From a virus (Duplodnaviria > Caudoviricetes): a stretch of 64,000 nucleotides of DNA. The position numbers and the translations under genes are program-made. This document shows positions 47,405 to 56,210 of the stretch, piece after piece (within the stretch, counting starts at the first letter, position 1; the number at the start of each line of letters is the position of its first letter). Location of the stretch: positions 32,001-96,000 of IMG/VR virus record IMGVR_UViG_3300033073_000738. The stretch is one strand, 5' to 3'. Below the pieces are notes generated by a model, which worked only from the letters and a program-made list of their open reading frames with translations, ran no database searches and was not told the DNA's origin.

Positions 47405-47992
47405 TCAGTCTAAATTAAACTCATCATAATTTTCGAGTAGTAACGTGTCGTCTTGAATTTTCTGATCTTTCTCTTTCTGATAGCGGAACAATCTGGACAC
47501 CTTAGTCAGATTGTCTACCACTACATACTTTTTCCATTCTTTTGGGTAAGTTGCAGCCACTTGCCTTTTAAAAGATCTATATGCAACAAACCCCCATAAG
47601 TCATGATTCTTGAATCTGTACTTTGTCTCAAAGTTTGTATAGAATATCTTGGCAACATGTTGGTCGCTTTCCCAATTCATGGTCTGCAAATGCACACCAT
47701 ACATCTCACTTTTCTTGTGGTCTATAGCAATGAGACGTTTTCTTCTTTCACATGTACCAATGAACATGTAACCCAACTGTTCCGGTAGCTCTACACCATC
47801 TCTGTATTCTATTACCTTTTTCCAGATTGTCTCGTTAAAAAGGTTGATTACATTCTTAAACTGAGAGAAAGAAATAGATGAATACTTAGGGTTGTCTTGT
47901 TTGAACCTTTCAAAAAGTTCGCTATTCAATATGACCAGTCTAGAAGGACGATATCTAGGTGCATTAAGATCTGGTTTCTTGTAAGTCTTCAT
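47405..47992 (-). CDS. IHF/HU-like protein of the crAss tail module
   Basis: Helix then GVELPEQLGYMFI (HU-like strand-turn); basic; synteny. Confidence 0.55.
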   Translation of the reverse strand: MKTYKKPDLNAPRYRPSRLVILNSELFERFKQDNPKYSSISFSQFKNVINLFNETIWKKVIEYRDGVELPEQLGYMFIGTCERRKRLIAIDHKKSEMYGVHLQTMNWESDQHVAKIFYTNFETKYRFKNHDLWGFVAYRSFKRQVAATYPKEWKKYVVVDNLTKVSRLFRYQKEKDQKIQDDTLLLENYDEFNLD

Positions 47993-48000
47993 CAGGGTAC

Positions 48001-48016
48001 TACATTAATAATATAC
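48001..48016 (-). promoter_or_regulatory. Candidate phage late promoter, GTATATTATTAATGTA (copy 2)
   Basis: Exact match to 33620-33635; 8 nt upstream of the ATG at 47992; preceded by aaagttt/aaacttt inverted repeat (48028-48048). Confidence 0.7.
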
Positions 48017-48054
48017 AAAAAATCGACAAAGTTTCCTATCCAAACTTTAAAGGT

Positions 48055-49341
48055 TTAAACAGTATATGTAAGCTCACACACTTTGCCCTTGAGTAGATCG
48101 TGAATCTCCATTACAGCTTGGCGTTTGGAACCAGTGTATTTATTGTGATAGTGCCAATAGTCTGTCTTACATAGACTAGGTAGATGCTTTATAGCAAAAC
48201 CATGCTGCTCATCTTCTGTCACATACTCCATGGTTTTCTTCTTATGCCAGTGGCCTGTGTAGCAGGTTCTATACTGAGTATTACCCCATTCTTGGGAAAA
48301 CTCTGTAGCATAAACCAATGGTGTTGTCTTAGTGCTTACATCGCCGTGCTCAAAAGCAAAGAAATTCTCTCCCCAGGTGACCACCTTTCTTTCAGAATAG
48401 CCTACGTTGAATAATATCTTACTACTATTAAAGCATTTAGACAGCGCATGGGCAAGATGAAAAGAACTCAACCTGTCATGGTTACCTGGCAAGTACAACA
48501 CCTCAAGCTCATTACAGAACTGGGAGATATGGTTTACACTCCAGTAGAGAGCATCAAATGCTGTTAGATAAGCATCTTGAGCTTTCATTTCGTTATCTAC
48601 AACGGTGCCCTTGGTTGTCTGTCCACTAAACGTGTCCATGTTCAACAAGTCACCACCAAACACGTAGATGATTTTATGGAGCTTATGAGAATGATAGCCC
48701 CTTATGACCAGGTTAGACACAGCGTCTTTGAAGTCTTGTACGACACCCTCGCTACCCTCTTTACCAAAGTGGAGGTCCTGTATAGACAAAACCCCTATAA
48801 CAGGGGCGTCATATCGGTCATTGATATGCACCTCCTTTATAGGGGTGTATTGAGGCTTAAACTTATTTATAGCTTCTAATAGCAGATCCTTGGGTTCCTG
48901 CTTTATACGTGATACCATTGCTGATATCAACCAGTGGTCCCGGTGCTGTTTGTTCCAATAAGACGACAGCTTCCATTTTGTCTCGTCAATCTTTAGAATG
49001 CGTATAATCTCTTCAGGACTCTTGGGCTCAACGACAGCTATTCCTTTGAGTTCAGCTGTACCTTCGTCAAGATTTTCTTTGAACTCAATCACTTTGTTCT
49101 TGTAATCCTGGGCAGCACCAAGAAGCTGCTCGTTAGGTTTAGTTACATCATTCTCTTCCAACTTGCTGGTAATAGCCTCCAGCATATATAGATCCAGGTC
49201 GTCTTCTAAATCATTCTTAGCCACTAAAATTTTAGCCTTGATCTCTTGGTAATCTTCTAAAGAAATACCTAATTTTGTAGAACAATAACTGTCAGATCGT
49301 TTCCATTTTAAGGAACCGTACACTAACTGAATGATATTCAT
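48055..49341 (-). CDS. Calcineurin-like metallophosphoesterase with N-terminal extension
   Basis: QDLHFG, GGDLLNMD, PGNHD, FEHGD, TGHWH motifs. Confidence 0.9.
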   Translation of the reverse strand: MNIIQLVYGSLKWKRSDSYCSTKLGISLEDYQEIKAKILVAKNDLEDDLDLYMLEAITSKLEENDVTKPNEQLLGAAQDYKNKVIEFKENLDEGTAELKGIAVVEPKSPEEIIRILKIDETKWKLSSYWNKQHRDHWLISAMVSRIKQEPKDLLLEAINKFKPQYTPIKEVHINDRYDAPVIGVLSIQDLHFGKEGSEGVVQDFKDAVSNLVIRGYHSHKLHKIIYVFGGDLLNMDTFSGQTTKGTVVDNEMKAQDAYLTAFDALYWSVNHISQFCNELEVLYLPGNHDRLSSFHLAHALSKCFNSSKILFNVGYSERKVVTWGENFFAFEHGDVSTKTTPLVYATEFSQEWGNTQYRTCYTGHWHKKKTMEYVTEDEQHGFAIKHLPSLCKTDYWHYHNKYTGSKRQAVMEIHDLLKGKVCELTYTV

Positions 49342-49424
49342 TGGATTGGGATTGGTATACGGGTTACTAAGTTCGTACTATTTGTAGAACTTATAGCTTT
49401 TTTATTGTTTTTTTACCAACATCT

Positions 49425-49462
49425 ATAAAAAATAATAGCCCCGTTGTAGAAACAAAGGGGCT
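49425..49462 (-). terminator. Intrinsic terminator downstream of the Fn3/Cys-rich cluster
   Basis: agcccc-g-ttgt-agaa-acaa-a-ggggct hairpin followed on the minus strand by a T-rich tract. Confidence 0.75.
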
Positions 49463-49504
49463 TTGTTATGTCAGAGGAAACCAACAAAACCGCTGACTAA
49501 TATA

Positions 49505-50827
49505 TTAGTTAGGTAATGCTGCGTTACAAGCTGTTCCACAAGTAGAGTAATGAATGTTATCTATAACATAACCAGGTCCAGAAGTACTTGTTGAAACCAG
49601 TTCATACACATAAAAACCATATTCACTAGCTGACGATAATGGCAAATAAAAATGACCAATTACAGGTGTTACACTAGTAGGTAACGCAACCAGGTAGTTA
49701 GTCTGAGTAGGTGTTGTGCTACAGGTACCAGCTGTACAAGCGTATACGTTAGCGTAATAGTTATTGTAAGTAGGTGATCCACAGCTCACTGTTCCAGTAG
49801 AATTGTAAACACAAACGTTCTGAGTATAAGAAGTGGTTGTGCCGTTCACCAGGATAACAGACAATGTAGCTGAGGTAGCAGAAGAAACCGAGTTTACAGT
49901 TAAGACAGTTGTATTAAATGTTACATATCCATTAGAAGGAACAGTGACGTCCACGTACAAAGTATTACTTGTACCTATAGATGCTGTACCAGTGGTGGAT
50001 ATTACATTTGAAACTTCACTATCAGAAGCCCCTGTACTAGAAGAAATACTTCCCTGAAGTTGAGCACAATAACCTGATGCGTTATTTGTTAAAGATCCTG
50101 ATGCAGATAGCTTTACTCTCATAGTAGTGCCAGCAGGAGCATCTATCCTGTATACACCATATCCCAAAGAACAAGAAGTCTGAGTAATAGTTGGAGTGGG
50201 CACCGAACTACCAGATGCACATGTCATTGCAACAGACCAGGTATCAGTAAAGCTTACATCAGTAACAGACTCCACTACTAACTTATACCAACAAGTTGTT
50301 GGAGTGAATGTAAGTGTACCCGTGTTGCCATTGCTTAAAGTAGCTCCCCAGGGCCCAGAATAACTAGCTGTACCTTTCCAACCAGATGTAGCCACTTCAT
50401 TACCAGAAGGGTCAAATACGGCAAAACGATTAGGTTTGTCTACAGAGTCATAAGCAAGAGAGACCGTACCAGTTGCTGTAGAGCAGTCTAAAATATACTC
50501 ACCGTAGTTATAATAGCCATTGTGAGTATGACTCCCTGTAATAGATCCTGCACAAGTGTACATTGTGTTCTTAGTAGCTGTAACTGTTTGTTCAGTACTC
50601 ACCTGGGAGTTATCACAAACACTTTGTACAACAACATTGATGTCCTCACAAGCAGGTACTGATATAGTTACAGGACTACTAGTAGGGTTTGGACTCACTG
50701 TATTGTAAGTTATAGCACTAGCTGTTTTCCATTTCACAATGTAACCACCCGCAGGGGGTGTCACACTACCTGTGAAGTTCACAGTAAGTGTCTTAGTAAC
50801 CGGACATGTACAGGAAGTAAAAGGCAT
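49505..50827 (-). CDS. Cys/Ser/Thr-rich beta-sandwich virion protein (Fn3-like N-terminus)
   Basis: GYIVKWK...PNPT Fn3-like start shared with 50838-51296; many Cys. Confidence 0.65.
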   Translation of the reverse strand: MPFTSCTCPVTKTLTVNFTGSVTPPAGGYIVKWKTASAITYNTVSPNPTSSPVTISVPACEDINVVVQSVCDNSQVSTEQTVTATKNTMYTCAGSITGSHTHNGYYNYGEYILDCSTATGTVSLAYDSVDKPNRFAVFDPSGNEVATSGWKGTASYSGPWGATLSNGNTGTLTFTPTTCWYKLVVESVTDVSFTDTWSVAMTCASGSSVPTPTITQTSCSLGYGVYRIDAPAGTTMRVKLSASGSLTNNASGYCAQLQGSISSSTGASDSEVSNVISTTGTASIGTSNTLYVDVTVPSNGYVTFNTTVLTVNSVSSATSATLSVILVNGTTTSYTQNVCVYNSTGTVSCGSPTYNNYYANVYACTAGTCSTTPTQTNYLVALPTSVTPVIGHFYLPLSSASEYGFYVYELVSTSTSGPGYVIDNIHYSTCGTACNAALPN

Positions 50828-50837
50828 TTATAATGTA

Positions 50838-51296
50838 TTAACAGTTTGCAACTGAAGTAACAATACCTGCAGAGCTCACTTGATATACTTTAGTACCGTC
50901 TGAATAGAATCCTCCGGTAGTATAAGCTGTGGTCAAAGCTGAATCAGAATACACCTGTGTATTCACAGCCAATGTAGGAACAGCTGCATAGAATGTATAG
51001 ATTCTGTTTGTGTTGGCACAAGCAGCAGCTGAGCTAGAAGGGTCCCTTGAAACATTAAATGTAGCAGGAACAATAACAGCAAATGTAGTTATTGCTCCAT
51101 ATTGACCGTTTCCACAATCACCCTGGATTGTACCCTCATATGAAACACCTGCCCCAAGATTGTCTATTTGAAAAACATTTGTAGTGGGGTTAGGTACCCT
51201 TTGAGTATACGTTGCTGTACCTACTTGTCGGTACTTGACAATGTATCCATTTGTAGGGTTGTTGTTGGAGCTAAAACTAACTGTAATTGTAGCCAT
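50838..51296 (-). CDS. Fibronectin type III-like virion protein
   Basis: GYIVKYRQVG...IDNLGAGVSYEGTIQGDC Fn3 signature. Confidence 0.7.
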   Translation of the reverse strand: MATITVSFSSNNNPTNGYIVKYRQVGTATYTQRVPNPTTNVFQIDNLGAGVSYEGTIQGDCGNGQYGAITTFAVIVPATFNVSRDPSSSAAACANTNRIYTFYAAVPTLAVNTQVYSDSALTTAYTTGGFYSDGTKVYQVSSAGIVTSVANC

Positions 51297-51308
51297 TGGT
51301 TATTATAT

Positions 51309-51938
51309 TTAACAAGTCACAGATCCTGTGGTATATGCTTTTATAATGGTAGTTGTTCCAGAAAGAGCAAGTGTAGGAGATGCAGAAACAACGAATGTAG
51401 TAGAGTCGGTAATTGAACTCACTGTTGTGTTAGCAGCAAAAGCACCAGTACCAGAATATACAAATACTGTCTGACCCACTGAAAGTCCTGTAGTGGATGT
51501 AACTGTCACTGTAGTTCCAGAAGACGTAGCTCCGGCTGAGCTGGTGTAAACAATAGGTCCCTTTATGAGAAATCCTGTACCGCTCATTAACTGAGGGGTA
51601 TTCTCAATAGCACAGATTGTAGCAGTGTTTCCTGCAGTAACTGTACTGGTAGCCAAAGTTTCAGTGCCGTCCAAGTATTCTACAGTGGTAGAAGATTGAG
51701 CAGAGTTAACCAGAATCGTATAAGTCTTGGTAACCACTGTAGTATTTATTGCTTTATAGAGCTTAATGATTACATCCTTCATTCTTTCTCCACTAGAAAC
51801 ACCTAAGCTTGGGAGATTGGGTCCAGTATATTTAACACACTTGCCATTAAGAATCTCCTCACAAGACTCTCCACTAGGGCAATCAGGAAGTGTGTATGAA
51901 ACACTAGGAGGACAATCATTACAAGGATTACAAGCCAT
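51309..51938 (-). CDS. Cys-rich structural protein
   Basis: MACNPCNDC...KCVKYTGPNLP N-terminus; Thr/Ser-rich C-terminal beta domain. Confidence 0.65.
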   Translation of the reverse strand: MACNPCNDCPPSVSYTLPDCPSGESCEEILNGKCVKYTGPNLPSLGVSSGERMKDVIIKLYKAINTTVVTKTYTILVNSAQSSTTVEYLDGTETLATSTVTAGNTATICAIENTPQLMSGTGFLIKGPIVYTSSAGATSSGTTVTVTSTTGLSVGQTVFVYSGTGAFAANTTVSSITDSTTFVVSASPTLALSGTTTIIKAYTTGSVTC

Positions 51939-51959
51939 TTTAATAAAGTATAATAGAGT

Positions 51960-52193
51960 TTAACAATGTATGGTCATAGTTGCACTGGTGATCAAGTCCC
52001 CACTATTCACGCAGACACCCGATATTCTAACGTTGTAATAGACGCCACAGCTCAGTCCTGTGATTGTATAGGTCCCAACTGTGTTAGCGACTTCAGCAAT
52101 TAGATTCCATGTATTAGACGTTTGTATCTTATACTGAATCTGTTGAGTAGTCAGTGTAGAATTAGGTGTCCAGGTAACTACTGCTGAAGCCAT
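51960..52193 (-). CDS. Single Fn3-like domain protein
   Basis: VTWTP...IQYK...W...YTITGL..GVYYNVRI signature; TAATG coupling to the upstream gene. Confidence 0.7.
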   Translation of the reverse strand: MASAVVTWTPNSTLTTQQIQYKIQTSNTWNLIAEVANTVGTYTITGLSCGVYYNVRISGVCVNSGDLITSATMTIHC

Positions 52194-53428
52194 TAGCTAA
52201 TGGTTGCAACAAGGTTAGTAATAGTGGTACAAGGAGCGTATATGGTCTTAACAGTAGACTTATTACAGAGCTGACCATTCTTAGATACGCAAGTCTCAAT
52301 AGTAACTATATAATTGAGTGACGCATTCAAACCAGCACCTGTCAGTGAAATAGATACACCACTGCTGTTTGCTTTGTTAGCAACCACCTGAATGTTTCCG
52401 GTGTACTTGGTGCCAGAGCTATCAGCAATTGTAATCTTACTACCAGCTTGGTTACATTCAGCAAACCCGGTAGGAATCGTAGTAAGACCATTAAAGTTGA
52501 TGGTAACAGTATCCCTTGCTACGTTAGTTGTAGCAGTGAAATCAATCACAACAGTGTTACAATCAACAGTGTAAACGATAGTCTTAATATCAGACATAGC
52601 ACCTCTCATGTCACATACTGTGAGCCAGAGATTATTAATGCTATCAGCAAGAGTAGTAGCTGTGGTTTTCCAACCAGAAATACCACTCATTGTACCTGTT
52701 TGACTAAGAGCGTTGAAAGATGAAAGCCCTGTGCATTGTTTAGCTGCAGCAGAGCTAATGCTTGTATTTGTACCAAGCACTCCTTTAAGACTACATAACT
52801 CTGTAGAAACTGTTTCTAATGCCACATCAAGATCTACTAAAGCAGAAGAACCGTTCAGACATTGAAGTGTCACCTGAGGAAGAGCATCTGCTGAAGTATT
52901 CTCAAGTACGGTTACCCTGGTGTTAAGACCACTAATCAAAGTGGTGTGACTGTCAACAGTTGTTTTCAGGTCACATAGTTTATTAGCAAGTGTAAGTGTG
53001 TACTGATTGTGTACCAGTTGAGTAACAGCTTGACCCTGAGCATTAGTATATTGCAGACAGCTGGGAAGAGTAAGTGTAGGTTCAGTAAAACTAGATCCTC
53101 CACCAGTGCCACCTTCCAATGCTACTGTCCTGGTATTCAAACAACATACTTTATCTATAATAAATTCCAATACCGCTGCCAGGGTCTTAGTAGTAGGAGC
53201 AGGATTGTAAGCGGTGCAGAAACCAACAAGACAAGTCAAATCTAAGTCAGATAGATCCAACTCAGTTTGAACTGTACATAGACTGGTCGCTACTTTATAC
53301 ACTACGTCAGACACTGTATCACCCTTGCAAAGATTGATACAGGGCAAGTCAGCACCTTGCCATATTACACAATTAGAGGAGACAGGAGAACATCCCTGGT
53401 CAGCAGTATTGGAAGAAATTGGTAGCAT
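52193..53428 (-). CDS. Cys-rich coiled-coil structural protein
   Basis: CSPVSSNCVIWQGADLPCI N-terminus, repeated short coiled coils ending in LC.L. Confidence 0.65.
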   Translation of the reverse strand: MLPISSNTADQGCSPVSSNCVIWQGADLPCINLCKGDTVSDVVYKVATSLCTVQTELDLSDLDLTCLVGFCTAYNPAPTTKTLAAVLEFIIDKVCCLNTRTVALEGGTGGGSSFTEPTLTLPSCLQYTNAQGQAVTQLVHNQYTLTLANKLCDLKTTVDSHTTLISGLNTRVTVLENTSADALPQVTLQCLNGSSALVDLDVALETVSTELCSLKGVLGTNTSISSAAAKQCTGLSSFNALSQTGTMSGISGWKTTATTLADSINNLWLTVCDMRGAMSDIKTIVYTVDCNTVVIDFTATTNVARDTVTINFNGLTTIPTGFAECNQAGSKITIADSSGTKYTGNIQVVANKANSSGVSISLTGAGLNASLNYIVTIETCVSKNGQLCNKSTVKTIYAPCTTITNLVATIS

Positions 53429-53455
53429 AGGGTTAGAATTGACCGTAAATTATAG

Positions 53456-53472
53456 TCTACAATATAATATAC
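53456..53472 (-). promoter_or_regulatory. Variant late promoter GTATATTATATTGTAGA (copy 3)
   Basis: Shares GTATATTAT...TGTA with copies 1 and 2; intergenic, just downstream of a terminator. Confidence 0.55.
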
Positions 53473-53492
53473 ATTTTTCCAAGTATTTCTCC

Positions 53493-53527
53493 AAAATAAA
53501 AACCCCCAGTGTAGATACACCAGGGGT
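53493..53527 (-). terminator. Intrinsic terminator downstream of the 166-aa gene
   Basis: acccc-ca-gtgt-agat-acac-ca-ggggt hairpin followed on the minus strand by TTTTATTTT. Confidence 0.75.
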
Positions 53528-53547
53528 CCTAATCACTCAAAAAACTC

Positions 53548-54048
53548 TCAATTTGCGGACTCTGTCTCTTTGGTTGGTCGTAAAATCTTGTAAAAAACTT
53601 TATAATCTTCGTCAGTCTTGAAATCAAAATTTTCTATACGAAACGGATAGTGTTCAATATCTCGAGTTTCAGCCAACAGAGTTTCCATTTCAGCATTGAA
53701 CTCAAGAAACTTGGGATTGATAACCTTGATCACATTGTCTTCTGCATCTTTTACCAAGTTGCCGTTTTCATCAACTTTGTCAACAGACATAGGGATTGTA
53801 ATGCTATCATTATCTCCCTTCTCACCATATTTATTGATAAGCTCGTTTCTAAGCGTATCTACATTCTTTTTGTATTGCTGAATACTGTCAGACAGGTCAT
53901 GTAACCAGTATTTTTGCAAGAGAGATATAGGATGAGAAATCAGACCCTTAGTAAGAACCTCACCGCTTTGAGGATTCTTTTGTCCGTTCAATTCACTATC
54001 TAATACATAAATTTCTCCAAGAGTGAGAGTGTGTTTAGTCATATACAC
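53548..54048 (-). CDS. Hypothetical helical protein
   Basis: 166-aa ORF with LRNELINKYGEK pattern; flanked by its own candidate promoter and terminator. Confidence 0.75.
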   Translation of the reverse strand: MYMTKHTLTLGEIYVLDSELNGQKNPQSGEVLTKGLISHPISLLQKYWLHDLSDSIQQYKKNVDTLRNELINKYGEKGDNDSITIPMSVDKVDENGNLVKDAEDNVIKVINPKFLEFNAEMETLLAETRDIEHYPFRIENFDFKTDEDYKVFYKILRPTKETESAN

Positions 54049-54065
54049 AAGGATTTTTTACTCTA

Positions 54066-54073
54066 CAAATATA
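54066..54073 (-). promoter_or_regulatory. Bacteroidota-type -7 promoter element (TAnnTTTG)
   Basis: Minus strand reads TATATTTG(TAGAG) about 20 nt upstream of the ATG at 54048. No clear -33 TTG at canonical spacing. Confidence 0.55.
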
Positions 54074-54113
54074 AGGTCATTTGTAGACGTTAAGAAATAG
54101 AAAATATCAACAT

Positions 54114-54500
54114 TTAGGATATTTGTATAAATGCCTTACCTGCTACAATAGCAGAGTCTGTGATAGCCCAGTTTGTCTCACGTATAGCAGTGATCTGCTG
54201 AGCTGCGTCAATCCACTCTTGATCGTCAGCTGCAACACCAGCTTGAATCTGAGGAGTGAGAAGTTGCATCATTTCAGTATTGATTCTATTAGCCTGACCT
54301 TCAGGCTTAGAAGCAATATTGGAAAATATTTTTACCAGGTCATAAACTGTAGTATTTACAGTTACAAGGTCATCATCTGCCATTCCTCCACATTGCATAG
54401 CAATACGTTTGATGAGGGTATAAAACTCTTCAGCAGAATAACGTTTGAGATCATTGGCTACAAAATAAAAATGCTTGGCTTTCAATTGTACGGGAATCAT
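54114..54500 (-). CDS. Hypothetical protein
   Basis: 128-aa ATG ORF co-oriented in the tail operon. Confidence 0.7.
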   Translation of the reverse strand: MIPVQLKAKHFYFVANDLKRYSAEEFYTLIKRIAMQCGGMADDDLVTVNTTVYDLVKIFSNIASKPEGQANRINTEMMQLLTPQIQAGVAADDQEWIDAAQQITAIRETNWAITDSAIVAGKAFIQIS

Positions 54501-54518
54501 AGTATTAGGGTTTAAATA

Positions 54519-56210
54519 TTAAGAAAGAGCATAAAGAACATAACAAAGATCATCGGTGGCTCCCGATGTACCTACACTATCATAAGTTGTAAATGCCCAG
54601 GTGGTGCCGTTGTAATACGCACATCTACCAGGAGCTGTGGGTGAACTAATGTCTACTACCACCCCTATCTTGTTACTGGAACTACCACTTGAATACTCAA
54701 TAGCAATCCAATAGATGGTACCAGCAGTCATCGTATAGGGTGATGCAAACGTGAAAGTATATTGTGTTTCTGTAGCAGATATAGTAGATGCTGATATTGC
54801 AGTGGAAGTAGCCAGTGCAGTACCAGTGGGTTTACCAGTAGTACCAAAGGTTCCTCCATCATCTGCAAACAAAGAAGCTGTAATATTACCAGTAGGTGAA
54901 CCAGTAGCACGAAGGTTTACACTCACTTTGCTAAATGCTCCATCTATTCCTGTAAAAGATTGAGCCATTTTAGTGTTCTGTGTAGCAGCTATGTAGTTAA
55001 ACTGGTCACCATTGAGATTGGCATCATAAGTATCAAAAGCTGCTTCTACCAAAGGTGTTGTATATATATAAAAACACATATCTTTTGTAGAAGGATAACT
55101 TAAATAAGTAGTTGTATTTAATACTTGATAAAATGAATTTCCAGTATATGATGATGAACTAGAATCATATTGAATTTGAAAGTAAGGATCTGTAGCAATA
55201 TTTGCTACAGCACAATCTATAACAATTGCGTAAACAGTTCCTGATGCAGCTAAAAATGGTGTTTCAAAATTAAATGTAACTAAAAAATTACCAGAAATTG
55301 GATATTCAGGATATAAAGTAATACTATTTGATTGTGCTAAGAATGAACCAGTTGGTAAATTACCAGATGTCGCAAAAATTTTAGCACTAAAATCACCATT
55401 ACCAGCGTTACCAATTGAGTATATGACAAATCTATTTATATAAGCTCCAGTGCCTGTAAAAGTTATACCAGGATTTTGAATACCAGTTTGACCTATAACA
55501 ACATAAGAATCTGCATTTGACATATTGTATTTAATTGTACTATATGTACCACTTATACCATATAAATTAAAACATAAACTTGTAGAAGTAGTTGCTGTCC
55601 AAGCACCACCAGAAGTTGTTTTATAAGAAGCATTTCCTGCCACAAGACCAGCTGTACTAATAACACCTAAATTCATACTACCTGCTGCAGCTGTACCAGC
55701 ATATTCACAAACAATAAAATAGTTTGTTCCTGATGTAGTTTTATAAGGATCAAGAAATAAATCAGTTGCAACATAAAGTGCATCAGTAGGTACATATGCT
55801 GGAGATATACCAAAACTTGTAGCTAAAGCAGCACCTGTTGGTACACCTGTTGATCCAAAAGTTCCACTATGAGCATATATTTTAAAATAAATTGTACCAT
55901 CACCACTAAAACCTCTAAACTTGAAACTTACTGCTGATATATAAGAACCATCGCCTGTAAAAGATTGACCATAAGAATAATAATTTCCAGTTGCAGCTAA
56001 TGTAACAACAGAATCAACAATATCAAAACTTGTTAATATTATAACTTTTGAGTCTTTACAAAAGTCAAACTTTTGATTATCAAAAACAGTATCTACACCA
56101 TCACCACTTCCTGAAAAATCTGCTGGTTTACCAAATGCAATATTAGCACCAGTACCTACTAGTAAAGGTCTTCGATAAGATTGACCAACTCCTGTACGTA
56201 ATAGAGACAT
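54519..56210 (-). CDS. Putative receptor-binding/adhesin protein with three tandem beta-sandwich repeats
   Basis: Three units of (Q/T)(S/T)FTG...G.PTG..LA.S...(F)..P....GT.Y.I; TAATG-coupled to the fibre gene. Confidence 0.65.
   Translation of the reverse strand: MSLLRTGVGQSYRRPLLVGTGANIAFGKPADFSGSGDGVDTVFDNQKFDFCKDSKVIILTSFDIVDSVVTLAATGNYYSYGQSFTGDGSYISAVSFKFRGFSGDGTIYFKIYAHSGTFGSTGVPTGAALATSFGISPAYVPTDALYVATDLFLDPYKTTSGTNYFIVCEYAGTAAAGSMNLGVISTAGLVAGNASYKTTSGGAWTATTSTSLCFNLYGISGTYSTIKYNMSNADSYVVIGQTGIQNPGITFTGTGAYINRFVIYSIGNAGNGDFSAKIFATSGNLPTGSFLAQSNSITLYPEYPISGNFLVTFNFETPFLAASGTVYAIVIDCAVANIATDPYFQIQYDSSSSSYTGNSFYQVLNTTTYLSYPSTKDMCFYIYTTPLVEAAFDTYDANLNGDQFNYIAATQNTKMAQSFTGIDGAFSKVSVNLRATGSPTGNITASLFADDGGTFGTTGKPTGTALATSTAISASTISATETQYTFTFASPYTMTAGTIYWIAIEYSSGSSSNKIGVVVDISSPTAPGRCAYYNGTTWAFTTYDSVGTSGATDDLCYVLYALS

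Noticed and set aside
49342-49504. tRNA or structured ncRNA in the largest intergenic gap
   Set aside because: No cloverleaf or T-loop motif; the sequence is explained by a terminator, A/T tracts and a short palindrome.
54062-54087. TCTAC...GTAGA hairpin reminiscent of a Cas12a repeat
   Set aside because: Single copy, longer stem and loop, no repeat-spacer periodicity and no cas gene; no CRISPR array seen in the window.
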